Assembly (NCBI GenBank): GCA_038087875.1 | Contig: CM075988.1 | Coordinates: forward strand, 22,942,001-23,006,000 | Source of the DNA: Malacoraja senta | Lineage: Eukaryota | DNA: 64,000 nt | Direction: 5' to 3' | In this document: positions 28,481 through 42,184 of the stretch, one piece after another | Layout: each line of letters starts with the position of its first letter | Position numbering within the stretch: position 1 is the first letter of the stretch | Position numbers and translations under genes: made by a program | Notes under the pieces: generated by a model | What the model was told of the DNA's origin: nothing | The model's input: the letters and a program-made list of their open reading frames with translations, nothing else | The model's database searches: none

Positions 28481-30208
28481 CTCTAACAAACTTCTACAGA
28501 TGCACTGTAGAGAATATCCTGACTGGTTGCACCATGGCCTGGTACGCCACTTCCATTAGACAGGAATTCAACAGACTGAAGAGAGTGCCCGGTCCATCAC
28601 TGCCACAGACCACCCTGCATCAAATGTATCTACACCAGGCTCTGCCTTAAGAAGACGTCATTTATCATCAAGGATTCCCACCATCCGGCCCTCTTTCTCA
28701 CCGCTACCATCAGGCAAGAGGCACGGAAGCCTGAAGTCCCACACCATCAGTTCAGGAACAGTGGCGTTCCTCCAACTATCAGGAACTATGATCCGACCTG
28801 CACACCTCTGATCCCACTTTGACAACTGAACACTACAGACTACCCCTTACACTTCCATGAACTTGTTTTCTAATTATATATATTTTCAATAATATCTCGG
28901 GATTTTTTTTTTGCCCAGTCATTTTCTTTTCACTCTCTTCTAGAATTTATGTGTAATTTATGTGTTTTGTGTGTTGCCTGAATGTATGTGCCTGTTGCTG
29001 CTGCTGCAGGCAAGATTTTCCTTGTACCTGTAACTCATCGTACTTTTAGAGTCGATAGTGTTTAATTGTTATATGTACTGACAATAATGAATCAATGAAA
29101 TTCTTACTCCAGCAGGTCTGTAAACGCAATATACATAGATAACACAAAAAACGCGCTAGAAACAATAAATTAATAACTCCAATACTAATGCAACCAAAAA
29201 CAGTCCATAGTTCATGGTTGAGATTGGGTGACATGGTGGCGCAGCGGTAGAGTTGCTGCCTCACAGCGCCAGAGACCCGGGTTCGACCCTGACTACGGGT
29301 GCTGACTGCACGGAGTTTGTACGTTCTCCCTGGGACCGCGTGGGTTTTCTCCAGCTGCTCCTTCCAACATTCCAACATTCCAAAGACGTACAGGTTTGTA
29401 AATTGTAAGTTGGCCCTAGTGCGTAGGATAGTGCTAGTGTAAGGGGTGATCACTGGTTAGTTTGCAGGTTAATTGGGTTCTTTAAGTCATCCCTAGTGTG
29501 TAGGATAGAACTAGTGTACTGGTGATCATTGATTATCGCGGACTCGGTGGGCTGAAGGGCCTGTTTTCACGCTGTATCTCTAAACTAAACCAAACTAAAC
29601 TAAATTAAACTAGTGATAGATACAAAATGCTGGAGTAACTCCACGGGACAGGCAGCATCTCTGGAGGAAAGGAATCGGTGACGTTTCGGGTCGAGACCCT
29701 TCTTCAGACTGAAGTAAAGTTCAGTCTAAACTGATGTTAAGCAGTGTTCAAGAACCTGGTGGCCACAATTTTCAGACTCCTATACCTTCTTCCCGATGGT
29801 GGGAGTCAAATGAGAACATAGACAGGATGATGTGGGTCTTTGTTGATACAGGCAGCTTTTTTGAGGCAGCGTCTCCTGTCGAGAGAGCCCTTTGATGGTG
29901 GGGTGGGAGGTCAGTATCGATGATGGACCAGGCAGTGTTTACCACTTCTGTATTCTCCTTTCTTCCTGGGCGTTTGAGTTGCCAAACTAGGCTGTAAAGC
30001 AACCAGTCTGAAGAAGGGTCTCGACCCGAAACATCACCCATTCCTTTTCTCCAGAGATGCTGCCTTTCCCGCTGAGTTACTCCAGTATTTTGTGTCTATC
30101 TTCAGTCAGTGTGTATGCTCTCTACCTGTAGAAGTTCAAGAGGGTATAATTGCGCATATGGCAATAAACTCGGCTTCACTTGGCATTTATGTGCCCAAAC
30201 CCTGTTGA

Positions 30209-30345
30209 TCTTCTTCTTCTTGCGAATGAAACATGAACCAAAGGAATAGTTAGATCTCAAGCCGGGTGTTGAGCAGCCAGGTTGTTGTCTCTGCGTCAAT
30301 GTCTGCCAGGCCCTGAGCTCCATTTGGTGGATGGTAGAGCGGGCG
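30209..30345 (-). mobile_element. Vingi/Ingi-like LINE 3' fragment
   Basis: Minus strand PLYHPPNGAQGLADIDAETTTWLLNTRLEI* then (GAA)n tail. Confidence 0.7.
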
Positions 30346-30529
30346 TGGGGTTTCTCCGGGAGCTCCAGTTTCCTCCCACACTCTAAAGACGTACATGTTT
30401 GTAAAAGTGAAATAGCTTGGTAAAATTGTAAATTGACCCTAGTGTGTGCAGGATAGTGTTAGCGTGCAGGGATCGCTGGTCGGCATGAATTCGGTGGGCC
30501 GAAGGGCCTGTTTCCGTGCTGTCTCTCCT

Positions 30530-30592
30530 AACTAAACTAAAAACTAAACTAAACTAAACTAAACTAAACTAAACTAAACTAAACTAAACTAA
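30530..30592 (+). repeat. (AAACT)n microsatellite expanded from an HE1 SINE tail
   Basis: Direct observation. Confidence 0.95.
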
Positions 30593-32892
30593 ATAGCTTC
30601 TTTCCAACAACCATCAGGCTCTTGAACAAGCTAAACACCAACTAAACTATGAACTAAGAACTACAAACTGTCTCGCTTGCACTAAGGACTTCAGGCTTTT
30701 TGCACTATTATCGTCTTTTATTCATTTATTTAACTTTTTATTTTTTATCTATAATGAGCACAGAGCTGTTATGTTGCTGCAAGCTTGAATTCCATTGTTC
30801 TGTTTTGTGGTACATATGGCAATTTATCTCCCTTAACTCTTGACAAACTTGATATATTTTATGAATGAAGTTTATTTTTGAAATTAAGAAAAATACTGTT
30901 GGTAGAGTGCAACTTATCTAGTAGCTGGCTAATCTACTCTGAGGGCAAAAGAAGCTGCAGAAGCTGGAAGCCTGAGCAAAGGTTGAGTAACTCAATGGGT
31001 CGGGCAGCATTTGCGGAGGGAATGGATAGGTGCGTTTCAAGTCGGGACCCATCCTCAGTCATTGTCGTGGGGGTAGTGGGGGGGGGGGGGTGGATGGGAG
31101 AGGTGGAGGGGAGAGAACACCTTGAAATTAACTTCTAATTGTGTCAGAAATTCCTGGGATATCACGCACAACCTGAGTTTTGAAAGGTTATTGAGGTCGC
31201 ATTGCCTGTGCTGAATCTTTGTTTGAATGGTCAATTGAATTTGTTTGGATGGTCAGCCATGATCACATTGAATGGCAGTGCTGGCTCGAAGGGCTGAATG
31301 GCCTACTCCTGCACCTATTGTCTATTGTCTATTGTCTATTGAACTAGTGGGAGAGTCGAGGACCAGAGGGCACAGCTTCAGAATAAAGGGACGCACCTTT
31401 AGAATGGAGATGAGGAGGAATTTCTTTAGTCAGAGGGTGGTGAATACATGGAACTCGTTGCCACAGACGGCTGCAGAGGTCAAGTCTTTGGGTAGACACA
31501 AAATGCTGGAGTAACTGAGCGGGGCAGGCAGCATCTCTGGAGAGAAGGAATGGGTGATGTTTCGGCTCATGACCCTTCTTCAGACTGATGCTGCCTGCCC
31601 CGGTGAGTTACTCCAGCATTTTGTGTCGACCTTCGATTTAAACCAGCATCTGCAGTTCTTTCCTACACATCAAGCCTTTGGGTATTTTTAAAGTGGAGAT
31701 TGACAGGTTCTTGATTAGTACGGGTGTCAAAGGTTATGGGGAGAAGGCAGGAGAATGGGGTTGAGAGGGAAAGATAGATCAGCCATAACTGTATGGTGGA
31801 GTCGACCCGAATGGCCTAATTCTTCTGCCATGACATGAATGTGAAAGGGCTTGTAAGTCTCAATGCTTCTGCTCAGAATGGGGATGGATCTGACTATAAG
31901 ACATTTAATGGGGCCTTTGGCAACACAGGGGGGGGGGGGGCGTTCCTGAGATAGGCCCATGGGATTAACACCTAGGGTCTACTTGCAGGACACCTCGCTG
32001 TACACACCAAGGTAAACTATGCATGGCACTCTCAGCTGCAGCTCCTCCAGCCTGCAGGTCTTCGGAGTGTGGGAGGAAACCGGAGCACCCGGGGAAAAGC
32101 CATGTGGTCGTAGGGAGAACATGCAAACCCCGTACGGATGGCACTCGTAGTCAGGATAGAGCCAAGGTCTCTGGCGCTGTAAGGCAGCAACTGCCACTGC
32201 ACCACTGTGCCGCCATCTCAGTACCCTTTAATTGGGAACCTGTGAATAGCCTTTTTCACACAGAGGTAGTTGAGGCAGGTACTACAGCTACATTTAGAAG
32301 ATATTTGGACAAGTACAAGGACAGGAAAGGTTTAGAGGGATATGTGGCATACACAGGCAGGTGGGACTAGTTTAGATGTGGCATCTAGGTCGGCACGGGC
32401 AAGTTGGGCCAAAGGGCCTGTTTCCTTGCTGTATGACTATGACTCTGTGATTCTAAGGCACTTCCCCAAATTCGCACAATCATCTTGACATTAATGCAAG
32501 ACAGAAACAAGTCATTTTTATCAAGTTATTGAAACAAATGGAGTTCGTACATTCTCCCCATGACCGCGTGGGTTTTCTCCGAGACCTTCGGTTTCCTCTC
32601 ACACTCAAAAGAAGTACAGGTTTGTAGGTTAATTGGCTTGGTCTAAATGCTAAGGCCTTTGTTGGTGGCAAGCAGTCAAAAGGAGATCAGGGCATTGTGG
32701 CAGGGCTTCAGAATCCATTCGCTGAGGCCGAATTGGAACGCTCCACTTCACGAGAAGGCTCAGAATGGCAGGAGTGGCATGAGTAGTGAGGATGAGGAGA
32801 GTTGGCCCAAGAGGACAAAGCATTGTTGAGGAAATCGGAAACATTTCTAGCTGGAGAGGTGGAGGTCTAGAAAACAAGATGGCGGCAGAGAT

Positions 32893-33185
32893 GGGTGGCA
32901 CGGTGGCGCAGCGGTAGAGTTGCTTCCTTACGGCGCCAGAGACCTGGGTTCAACCCTGACTACAGGTGCTGTCTGTACGGAGTTTGTACATTCACCCCGT
33001 GATTGCATGGGTTTTTCCGAGATCTTTAGTCCCCTCCCACACTCCAAAGACGTACAGGTTTGCGGGATAATTGGCTTGGTATGAATGTAAAATTGTCCCT
33101 AGTGTTAATGTGCGGGGATCGCCGGTCGGCGTAGACTCGGTGGGTCGAAGGGCCTGTTTCTGCGCTGTATGTCTAAACTAAAGTA
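32893..33185 (+). mobile_element. HE1/V-SINE
   Basis: Full head-core-tail structure. Confidence 0.88.
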
Positions 33186-33682
33186 AACAAACACCCTCCT
33201 CCACCTACCTCTCTCTCTCTTGATCTCGCTCTCTGCCCACAAACAGGTGACTGTGCCAAAGGTGCAGAGCAGGTACACATTAACATGTAAATAAATGTTA
33301 GCACCTGGCCAGGATCTGAAGTTTCTATGCAGCATTTGCCCTGAACTGGCCTTCAGTTCCCTGGCTTAGCAAGCGATAAACATTCCAACGTTCCCTCTCC
33401 TGCTTGTCTTCTCATTACCCTTCACTGAAAAATAAGAATAAATTTAATCTGAGTTGCGCTGATCACAACGACATATATTGTCCCTTCTCCAAATAAATTT
33501 GCTCCTATATTTGTATGTGTGCATTACATTTGCTTAGATCTTTGTTAATGTTTAAATGCTCAATGCCACTCACAGCCAGTGCCATTCAGTGTAGGATTCA
33601 AGAGGGGAAGGGCTCTCGATCATCAAGGCGTTGAACCATTTCAGATTTCCACTTTTCTGTTTTATTTTTTACAATTTAACAG

Positions 33683-33795
33683 TTCCATCGGATCATTCGA
33701 GACGCGTTTATCAGGGAGTTCGTGTCAAGCATACCGTTAAAGATTTGCTGGCAGAGAAAAGGTCACTGCAGACTAACGGCCCCTTCAAGTACAAT
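33683..33795 (+). CDS. POU2AF2: POU class 2 homeobox associating factor 2 (OCA-T1/C11orf53), OCA-peptide exon
   Basis: Acceptor tttaacag and donor AAT|GTAAGT; 113 nt, phase 1 to 0; (V)PSDHSRRVYQGVRVKHTVKDLLAEKRSLQTNGPFKYN matches OCA-T1 VPGDYSKRVYQGVRVKHTVKDLLAEKRS; KHTVKDLLAEKR distinguishes it from POU2AF1 and POU2AF3. Confidence 0.95.
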
Positions 33796-34098
33796 GTAAG
33801 TATGAGAATGGATGCACTTTGTCTCTTTGTACGGTAATGTTTGGGTGAAATCTTTCCGCAAATCTCCTGCTAGCTGCCTGGTTCATTTCAGTCTCGTATC
33901 TGGGTGCGTCTAGATGTTAAAACTGGAAGAACACAAAAAGTTAAAACCATAGGTACACAAAAATGCTGGAGAAACTCAGCGGGTGCAGCAGCATCTATGG
34001 AGCGAAGGAAATAGGCAACGTTTCGGGCCGAAACCCTTCTTCAGACCAAAACCATCGTCTTAATTTATGAATCCTTAACCTGAAAACTTTTGGAGTAA

Positions 34099-34429
34099 AA
34101 GCCCTGTCCCACGGTACGAGTACAATCCAAGAGTTCTCCCGAGTTTGCCCTGATTCGAACTAGGAGATTTACGGTAATGGCCACTCGTCGGTACTTGGGG
34201 CTCTCGTGGACATTTTTCAACATGTTGAAAAATCTTCACGAGTCTTCCCGTGCTTATCTGCCGTTAGCGAGTCTTCCCGAGTACCTGCCGTTAGCGTTAC
34301 GAGCCGCTAAGAGACGTCCCCGAGCTCCAACGTACCCGCTACGTTCATTCTCCATGCTTACCACGGAGATTGATTTTTTTTAAACTCGGGAGAGCTCTTG
34401 GAATGAACTCGTACCGTGGGACAGGGCTA
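34099..34429. mobile_element. Harbinger-like MITE (331 bp)
   Basis: Long TIRs AGCCCTGTCCCACGGTACGAGT.../...ACTCGTACCGTGGGACAGGGCT; TAA on both flanks (3-bp TSD). Confidence 0.85.
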
Positions 34430-36552
34430 TAAGTCAGCGGGACAGGCAGCATCTCTGGAGAGAAGGAATGGCTGGCATCTTGGGTCAAGACACTTCTTCA
34501 GGCCTCCAGAGATGCTGCATGCCCCGCAGAGTTACTCCAGCATTTTGTGTCTATCTTCAGTGTTAACTAATCCCTTCCTCCACCTGAAAACTATTGATCT
34601 CTTTGCTTTATTTCATTTCTGAAGAGTTGAATTTGAGATTACAATCCTGAAGGTGTTTCAAAGTGTTTGTCAGTGTTTCATGAGAGCAGTTAACTCATTC
34701 GGAGAGTTGTAGAATTGGTCTGGAGAGAACAGAGATCGTTCAGCCCATCGAGTCCATGCTGATTCCTCATAGTAGGTCAGCTAGTATCCCACCATCTCTC
34801 CCTGTGCTCCTTTATCTCACAAATAACCCGCCCGATACCCTTTCTAAAGGTACGATTGATTCTGTTTCCACTACTTCACACAGTCATTTTCACACCTTGA
34901 CTTTTTTCAACATTAAACAAAGAACCCTCATTCCTCCTCATCTATTTTGCATCAAATGAAAAATCAATTAAAGATTAAATAGTTATAAATCCAAAAATAA
35001 GGAGTGAAAGAATGACTTTCAACTAATTTACAAAATACACATTAAATTATAATTCGTATTAAATGTGAGCTAAAATATGGTTTAAGTCATAAGATCATAA
35101 GTAATAGGAGCAGAATTAGGCCATTCGGCCCATCAGGTCTACTCTGCCATTCACTCATGGCTGATCTATCTCTCGTTACTAACCCCATTCTCCTGCCTTC
35201 TCCCCATAACCCCCGACACCTATCATATCATAGATAAACTGAAATTTTTAATTGATAAATTAATAATATAATTGGATTGGAAAGGGTGAATAATTATTTT
35301 ATTTGACCTGCGCAATAGTAGGTTAGAGATGATCGGGTAGGTCATAACCAAAGAGTTGAGGGACTGTAACTTGAGGTGAAAGTCTCTTTAAAAAAACGCC
35401 TCAACGTCAGAGCATTTAAGCAGTTGGAAGGTTTTATCTAGCTTCATCTTCTGAGTTCAAGCTTTTGATGAATTAATTTTCATATTTGTCACAGCGAGCC
35501 TGTGATGCATGCAGTCCTTGTACGAGGAAGCCGAGCTTCTCGCAAATGACATTCAAATTTCTCCGTGAAATTTGTTTGTCCCCTCCCAAAGGCTAGTTTA
35601 CTGGATCCAGATACAGGGTTTGATATGCAAACTTCACGATGATTACACAGACAAGAAGGTCAAAATGTTGCCCCAAGGAAGTTATATCTCGGGGTCTCTT
35701 GCCAAGGTTTTATTTTCAAGAGCACGTGGAAATACAGGTTGTTCATGGCACTGGTGAATGTCCTCCAACTGTTACAACTACCATTCCTTGGGGTACAGCC
35801 GGATGGTGATACTGTATTCCTTCAACCCAGGTTGGTGGGTGTATGGAACGAGCTGGTACTATCGCAACGTTTAAAAGGCATTTGTACAGGTACATAGATA
35901 GGAACGATTTAGAGTGATACAATATGTGCCAAACGCAGGCGGGTGGGGCTAGTGTAAATGTGGCATCTTGGTGAGCATGGGCAAGTTGGGCCGAAGGGCC
36001 TGTTTCCGTGCTGTATTACTCTATCATTCTATGACGTAAGGCACTTCCCCAAATTCACACAGCAGTTTTGCCATTAATGCAATATAGAAACAAGTCATTT
36101 TCATCAAGTCATTGAAATATTTAGACAGGTACATGGATAGGACAGGTTTAGAGGGATATGGGGCAAACGCAGGCACCTGGGACTAGTGTAGACAGGACAT
36201 GTTGCCTGGTGTGGGCAAGTTGGGCCGAAGGGCCTGTTTCCACGCTGTAAGACTCTATGATGCTATGACAGTCATTTAGCTGAAGAAACAGCGGAGAAAA
36301 ACTTCCATTTCAATCATGACTTTAGGATGCCTCAGAGTGCATCACACCCATTAAACGAGCTATTCACGTTGGTCCCTTTATCATCTATCTGTACCTGTGG
36401 ATGGTTGTGTTGTAATCATGTTTTGTCTTTCTACTGACTGGTTAGCACGCAACAAAAGCGTTTCACTGTAACGTGGCAATAAACCAACTAAACTAAACTA
36501 AACTAAACTAAACTAAACTAAACTAAACTAAACTAAACTAAACTAAACTAAA

Positions 36553-36773
36553 GGTAGACAAAATGCTGGAGAAACTCAGCGGGTGAGGGAGCATCTATGG
36601 AGAGAAGGAAATAGGCAACGTTTTGGGCCGAAACCCTTCTTCAGACTGAAGAAGGGTTTTGGCCCGAAACGTTGCCTATTTCCTTCACTCTATAGATGCT
36701 GCCTCACCCGCTGAGTTTCTCCAGCATTTTGGTCTACCTTCGATTTTCCAGCATCTGCAGTTCCTTCTTAAAC
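36553..36773. mobile_element. Palindromic Penelope-derived pLTR pair with hammerhead motifs, preceded by (AAACT)n at ~36488..36552
   Basis: ~90-bp arms centred on cttcttcag-a-ctgaagaag at ~36645. Confidence 0.82.
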
Positions 36774-39092
36774 ACCTAGATGGTGGGTGCCTCTAAACTT
36801 CAAAAGGGGTTGAAAGCTGAATCACTTTGAAAGAAAGTAAGTTTTAGATTTCTACAGCTGCATTTAGGCCATCCCAGAATGCTTTACAACCAATAAATTA
36901 CTTCTGAAGAATGGTCACTGTTGTAGAGTATGTTGCTATGCCAGATGACTTGTTGTGGAGACAATCACTGTACATAATAAGGCAACTGGTTTGCACACAA
37001 ACAACTGTCACAAACCTCCAAATCCACACATTTTTGGGCTGTGGGAAGAAACCACAGCAGAGACGTGAGGGTTTTAGGTTGATTGGCCCTAATATGTCCC
37101 TAATATGTTGGGAGTGTTTGAAAAAGTGGGCTAACGTAGAATAACACAGGTTTATGTTGTGTGTTATGGTTTCCTCCCACAGTCTGAGAGTGTGCAGGTT
37201 TGTTGGTTAATTGGCCCTCTGTAAATAGCCCTGAGTGTGTAGGGAGTGAATGAGAAAGTGGGATAATATAGAACTAGTGTGAATGGGTGATCGATGGCTG
37301 CCGTGGACTCGGAGGGTCGAAGGTCCTGTTTTCATGCTGTCTCTCTAAACAAAACTAAACTAAGCTTCCTACTTGCTCAATATATTCTTAATGAGGTCAA
37401 ACCTGCTTTACTGCCTTGGGTGAATGCAAACAGGATCATGGCGACGGTGGTCAACTGGATAAATGTTGAGTAGTGACCAACATTCATCTCGTTGAAACAG
37501 CATTGCAACAAAAATGGTGACATTGAGGTTGATGACAGTTTGTGGTGTAAATCAATTGCCATATTTGGTACATTGATTGAGATAGCAAGAGTTGGTATGG
37601 TAATGGAGAAAGGCCGAGGAGGGTGTATGTGGGGAAGGTGTGGTGGTTGTGTTCACATGGCGTGTCCAAGGATGTGCGTGTGCATGTACAAGTGTGCATA
37701 AACTTTGGTCTCCAATTTTCTTGGACTTCCTTGCCATAGTTTTTACCACCTGTCTCTGTCAAGACCATCTGATTGCTTGTATACAACAATTGTGAGTGGT
37801 GGGTATACGGAACGAGTTGCTAAAGGAGGTAGTTGAGGCAGGTACTAAAACAGCATTGAAAAGACACTTTGGGCAGGTATATGGATGCGGAAAAGGATTA
37901 CAGGCATGTGGGCCAAAAGTGGGCAAATCGGACCAGCTCAGATGGAAGATATACGCAAAAAGCTGGAGTAACTCAGCGGGTCAGACAGCATCACTGGAGA
38001 CAAGGAAGAGGTGAGGTTTTGTGTTGAGACCCTTCTTAGATGGGCTTCTTTGGCGGGATGGACAAGTTGGGCCGAAGGGCCTGTTTACATCGTATATGAC
38101 TATGACAATCAGTCTATGTTAAAATAATTCATGTGCAGGTATCTTCCACTGCTTAAAATACTGGAGAGGAAACAACTTATCCTCAAACATTGAGGGTCTG
38201 GACAAGGAGAAAGGGTATAAGTTGAGGACGTCAGTCCTGACAATATTTGCAAGGGCACCTCACATCTGATCACACAGAAGTTTACCAGAATACAGCCTCA
38301 ATTAGAGGGCATTAGCTAGAAGAAGACTTTGGACAAATTTGGATTGTTGTTTCCTGGGACATCGCAGACTCAAGGGAGACCTGATAGAGGTATAAAAAAT
38401 TATGAGAGGCATAGACAGGGTAGACACTCAGAACCTTTTTGCCAGGGTGGAAATGTCAAAGGCTAGAGAACATATCTTTAGGTGGAGATGGGGGAAATTT
38501 AAAGGAGATTTGAGGGGGAACATTTTTTATACCTCGAGTTATGGGTCCCAAGAACACGCTGCCAGGAGTGGTGGTGGAGGCATATAAGACAGTGGTGTGT
38601 GAGAGGCTTTTTCACAGGCATATCCATATGATGGGAATGGAGGTATATAGATTATGTCCCGGCAGAGCAAATTAGTTTAACTTGCCATTTTGTTTGTGCC
38701 AAAGGCTTGTTGTGTGCTGTACTACATTCTATGAAGATTTGCAAACTAATTTAGTTTAGTTTAGGGATACAGAGCGGAAACCGGCCCTTCGGCCCACCGA
38801 GTCCGCACCGACCAGCGATCCCCACACATTGACACAAGCCTATACCCACTAGAGTCAATTTTACACTTATACCAAGTACACAAATGATTATCATTGTTTC
38901 ACCACTAGTGGTTCCAACTCCTGCTGTGGCTATTCATCCATTTGCACCTCTTTTTATCCAGCTTTTGTTCAATTTTGCCTGACAAAGTTTCTGAAAGTAA
39001 TGATTTTGTTGTGTTAAAGATGCTTTGTAACAATTTTATTTGGTTATAGAAACAGATGCCATATAATAATTTTATTTGATTAAAGATTATAC

Positions 39093-39412
39093 AGGCAGCA
39101 CGGTGGCGCAGCGGGATAGTTGCTGCCCCACAGCGCCAGAGACCCGGGTTTGATCCTAACCACGGGTGTTGTCTGTATGGAGTTTGTACATTCTCCCCGT
39201 GATCGCGTAGGTTTTCTCCGGGTGCGTCGGTTTCCTCCCACACTCCAAAGACGTAGAGGTTTGTAGGTTAATTGGCTTCAGTAAAAATTGTAAATTGTCC
39301 CAAGTGTGTGTAGGACAGTGTTAGTGTACAGGGATTGCTGGTCGGCACGGACTCGGTGGGCCGAAGAGCCTGTTTCCACGCTCTTTATCTAAATTAAACT
39401 AAGCTAAACTAG
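39093..39412 (+). mobile_element. HE1/V-SINE
   Basis: Full head-core-tail structure. Confidence 0.9.
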
Positions 39413-40389
39413 AAATACAAACAATTCTCAAATAATTATCTTCATCATAAAGATCAACAGCTTCATACTTCATTTAGTAAATTCAGAGACTCGCTGTGTT
39501 GATCTTGTGTTTTGCATATCACCACGAAACTGAGAGCTGCCTTTTTCCAGGTAAACCTAGTCACCATCTTGTTGTTTTCTTATTTTGTAACTTAATTTTG
39601 TAACCAACTTTCCCTGCCACCTCCTCGTTAATTAACCTCCTTTATTAAGAATGTCACACAAGTACGTTGTTGTTTGTTTGTGTCTGGGCAGTGAAGGAGG
39701 AAATGCAAGAGATTTTCCAAGTAGCCATTGGACTCCAGGGTGCATAGTTCTAAACATTGGTGTCACTGCTGGGCAATTCCTGTGAAATGTTTGGATAATC
39801 AAAAAAAATCATCAGGGCATATTAGAACAGAGGACATAGAACAGCACAGTACAGTACTGGGATGGGCCCGCAATGTTTGTGCCGAACATGATGCCAAGTT
39901 AAACTGATCTCATCTGCCTGTGTATGATCCATATCTCTCTATTCCCTGCATTTCCATGTGCTTATCTAAAAGCCTCTTAAAAACCACTAACACATCTGCC
40001 TCCACCACCACCCTTGGCAATGCGTTCCAGGCACCCATTACTCTCTCTGGACAAAACTTGCCCCACTCATCTCCATTAAACTTTCCGCCTCATAGCTCTA
40101 AAGTTGGACATTTCCACCTTGGGAAAAAGGTTCTGACTCTGTTCCATATCTATGCCTCTCATAATTTTATATATAGAGCTGCTTCATGACTGCCGGACCC
40201 TTGTATTCAATGCCCCTAGCAATGAAATGAAGCATACCATACACCTTCTTTACCACCTGTCTAATACCTCAATATAGCTGTGAATTGACCAATTTATTAT
40301 ATTCATCCTTATGTGGTTACCAAAGTAAAATACCCCAAGAAACTTCACACCGGCTTACCAAAGAAAACTTCACACATAAGAAAATATGA

Positions 40390-40619
40390 GGTAGACAAAA
40401 ATGCTGGAGAAACTCAGCGGGTGCAGCAGCATCTATGGAGCGAAGGAAATAGGTAACGTTTCGGGCCGAAACCCTTCTTCAGACTGATAGGGGGTGGGGA
40501 GAAGAAAGGAAAAAAGGAAAAAGGCGGAGGAGGAGCCCGAGGGCTGGGGGAGGGGAGGAGACAACCAGATGGCTGATGAAGGGGAGGGGACAGCAAGGGC
40601 TAGCAGAATTGGGAGAATT
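40390..40619 (-). mobile_element. Penelope-like element 3' end: ORF stop, pyrimidine-rich UTR, hammerhead pLTR
   Basis: Minus strand aattctcccaattctgctag (FSQFC*), CT-rich tract, then atcagtCTGAAGAagggtttcggcccGAAACGTTacc. Confidence 0.7.
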
Positions 40620-41054
40620 AAGAAAATATGAGGACAGGTGATCAGAAACTTGGTCAAATATTGGAGGGTATGGTGTATGGGGGGAGACTTCAATGACTTG
40701 ATGTGATACCATATTGATAACAGCAGATTGTCCACACAAAGTTCTTGTAACACACTAAACATTACCCTTCGGGTGTAGGGAGAAACTGCAGATGCTGGTT
40801 TATAGCAAAGATGGTGGGTCTTATAGATTGTAGGTTTATGTTAGTCGGTCAGGCAGCATCTCTGGAGAAAAGGAATAGGTGACGTTCCGTGGTGGAACGT
40901 TTCCCGTCTGAACAAGGGTTCCGACCCAAAACGCCACCTCGTGCCGTCCTGGTGTTGGCTGGGGGAGATGCAGGTGGGCCATGTTTAATATTGAGTTCTC
41001 ATTGTATTCTGGCCGACACCAGCCGCCATCCTCGTCTTTCCCACGAGGTTGAGA

Positions 41055-41204
41055 GAGCAAAGGGTCTGAGCAGCACCCATCTCTCTCGTCAGTATCCAAC
41101 AGGTTAGGTGGCAGGCAGCATGGATTCCAAGGAATAGGTGCCGGCTGCCATCTAACCTGTTGGATACTGATGAGAGAGATGGGTGCTGCTCAGACCCTTT
41201 GCTC
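41055..41204. repeat. 60-bp inverted repeat with 30-nt spacer
   Basis: 41055..41114 is the reverse complement of 41145..41204 except for two positions. Confidence 0.95.
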
Positions 41205-41389
41205 GCAACCTTCTCGAATTTCCTGCTACTAGTATCCATTGTTCTCACCAGTACGGTGAGCAGTATCAGCAAGATGGCACTAGAGTGTGTCGCCTCTTTG
41301 CGTGCTGTTCCCAGAGTAAGACCCATCGTCCGATACAATCGCTCCACTTTTTTGAATATCTTTTCTACCTGTAAATCCAGCACCATTTC

Positions 41390-41762
41390 AATAGACAATA
41401 GACAATAGGTGCAGGAGTAGGCCATTTGGCCCTTCGAGCCAGCACCGCCATTCACTGTGATCATGGCTGATCATCCCCAATCAGTACCCCGTTCCTGCCT
41501 TCTCCTCATATCCCCTGACTCTGCTATTTTGATGAGCCCTATCTAGCTCTCTCTTGAAAGCACCTTGAAGACAACCTGCCTCCACCGCCCTCTGAGGCAG
41601 AGAATTCCACAGACTCACCACTCTCTGTGAGAAAAAGTGTTTCCTCGTCTCTGTTCTAAATGGCTTACTCCTTATTCTTAAACTGTGGCCCCTGGTTCTG
41701 GACTCCCCCAACATCGGGAACATGTTTCCTGCCTCTAGTGTGTCCAAGCCCTTAACAATCTT
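41390..41762 (-). mobile_element. CR1/HER1 3' fragment
   Basis: DTLEAGNMFPMLGESRTRGHSLRIRSKPFRTE; (gacaata)n tail. Confidence 0.9.
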
Positions 41763-42184
41763 ACATTTCCATGTGTTCTAATTATATTCTCACTCTGTAG
41801 CTTCCCCTTTCACTCTACCTATTGCACTTGAGTTTGACTTGATTGTATTTATGTATAGTATTATCTGATCTGATTGATAGCATGCAAAATAAAGTATTTC
41901 CCTGTACCTCGGTACATGTGACAATAATGAATCTAAACCTAAATAATGTGCAAAATATTTTTTGCTCCCATCAGACTGATCAGATAAAACGACTCTATTT
42001 TGTCAATAGTTAATGTCTGTTTATTTTTGTAGAATATGCTGTTTGGTTGCCTGGCTGTCCCTATCTTCCTCTGCCATTCCTTTTCTATTTGGTTCTTAGC
42101 CAAGTCTTCAAACCAAATAATCAGTATTTTTAATCTTAAGCTTTTTCATTCCATACTCTTCCATTGTCCTTAATATTTTCCTAT

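Noticed and set aside
41055..41204. Hairpin as miR-34b/c, which lies near the POU2AF genes in mammals
   Set aside because: No GGCAGTG seed or mature-sequence match, and the stem is too long and perfect
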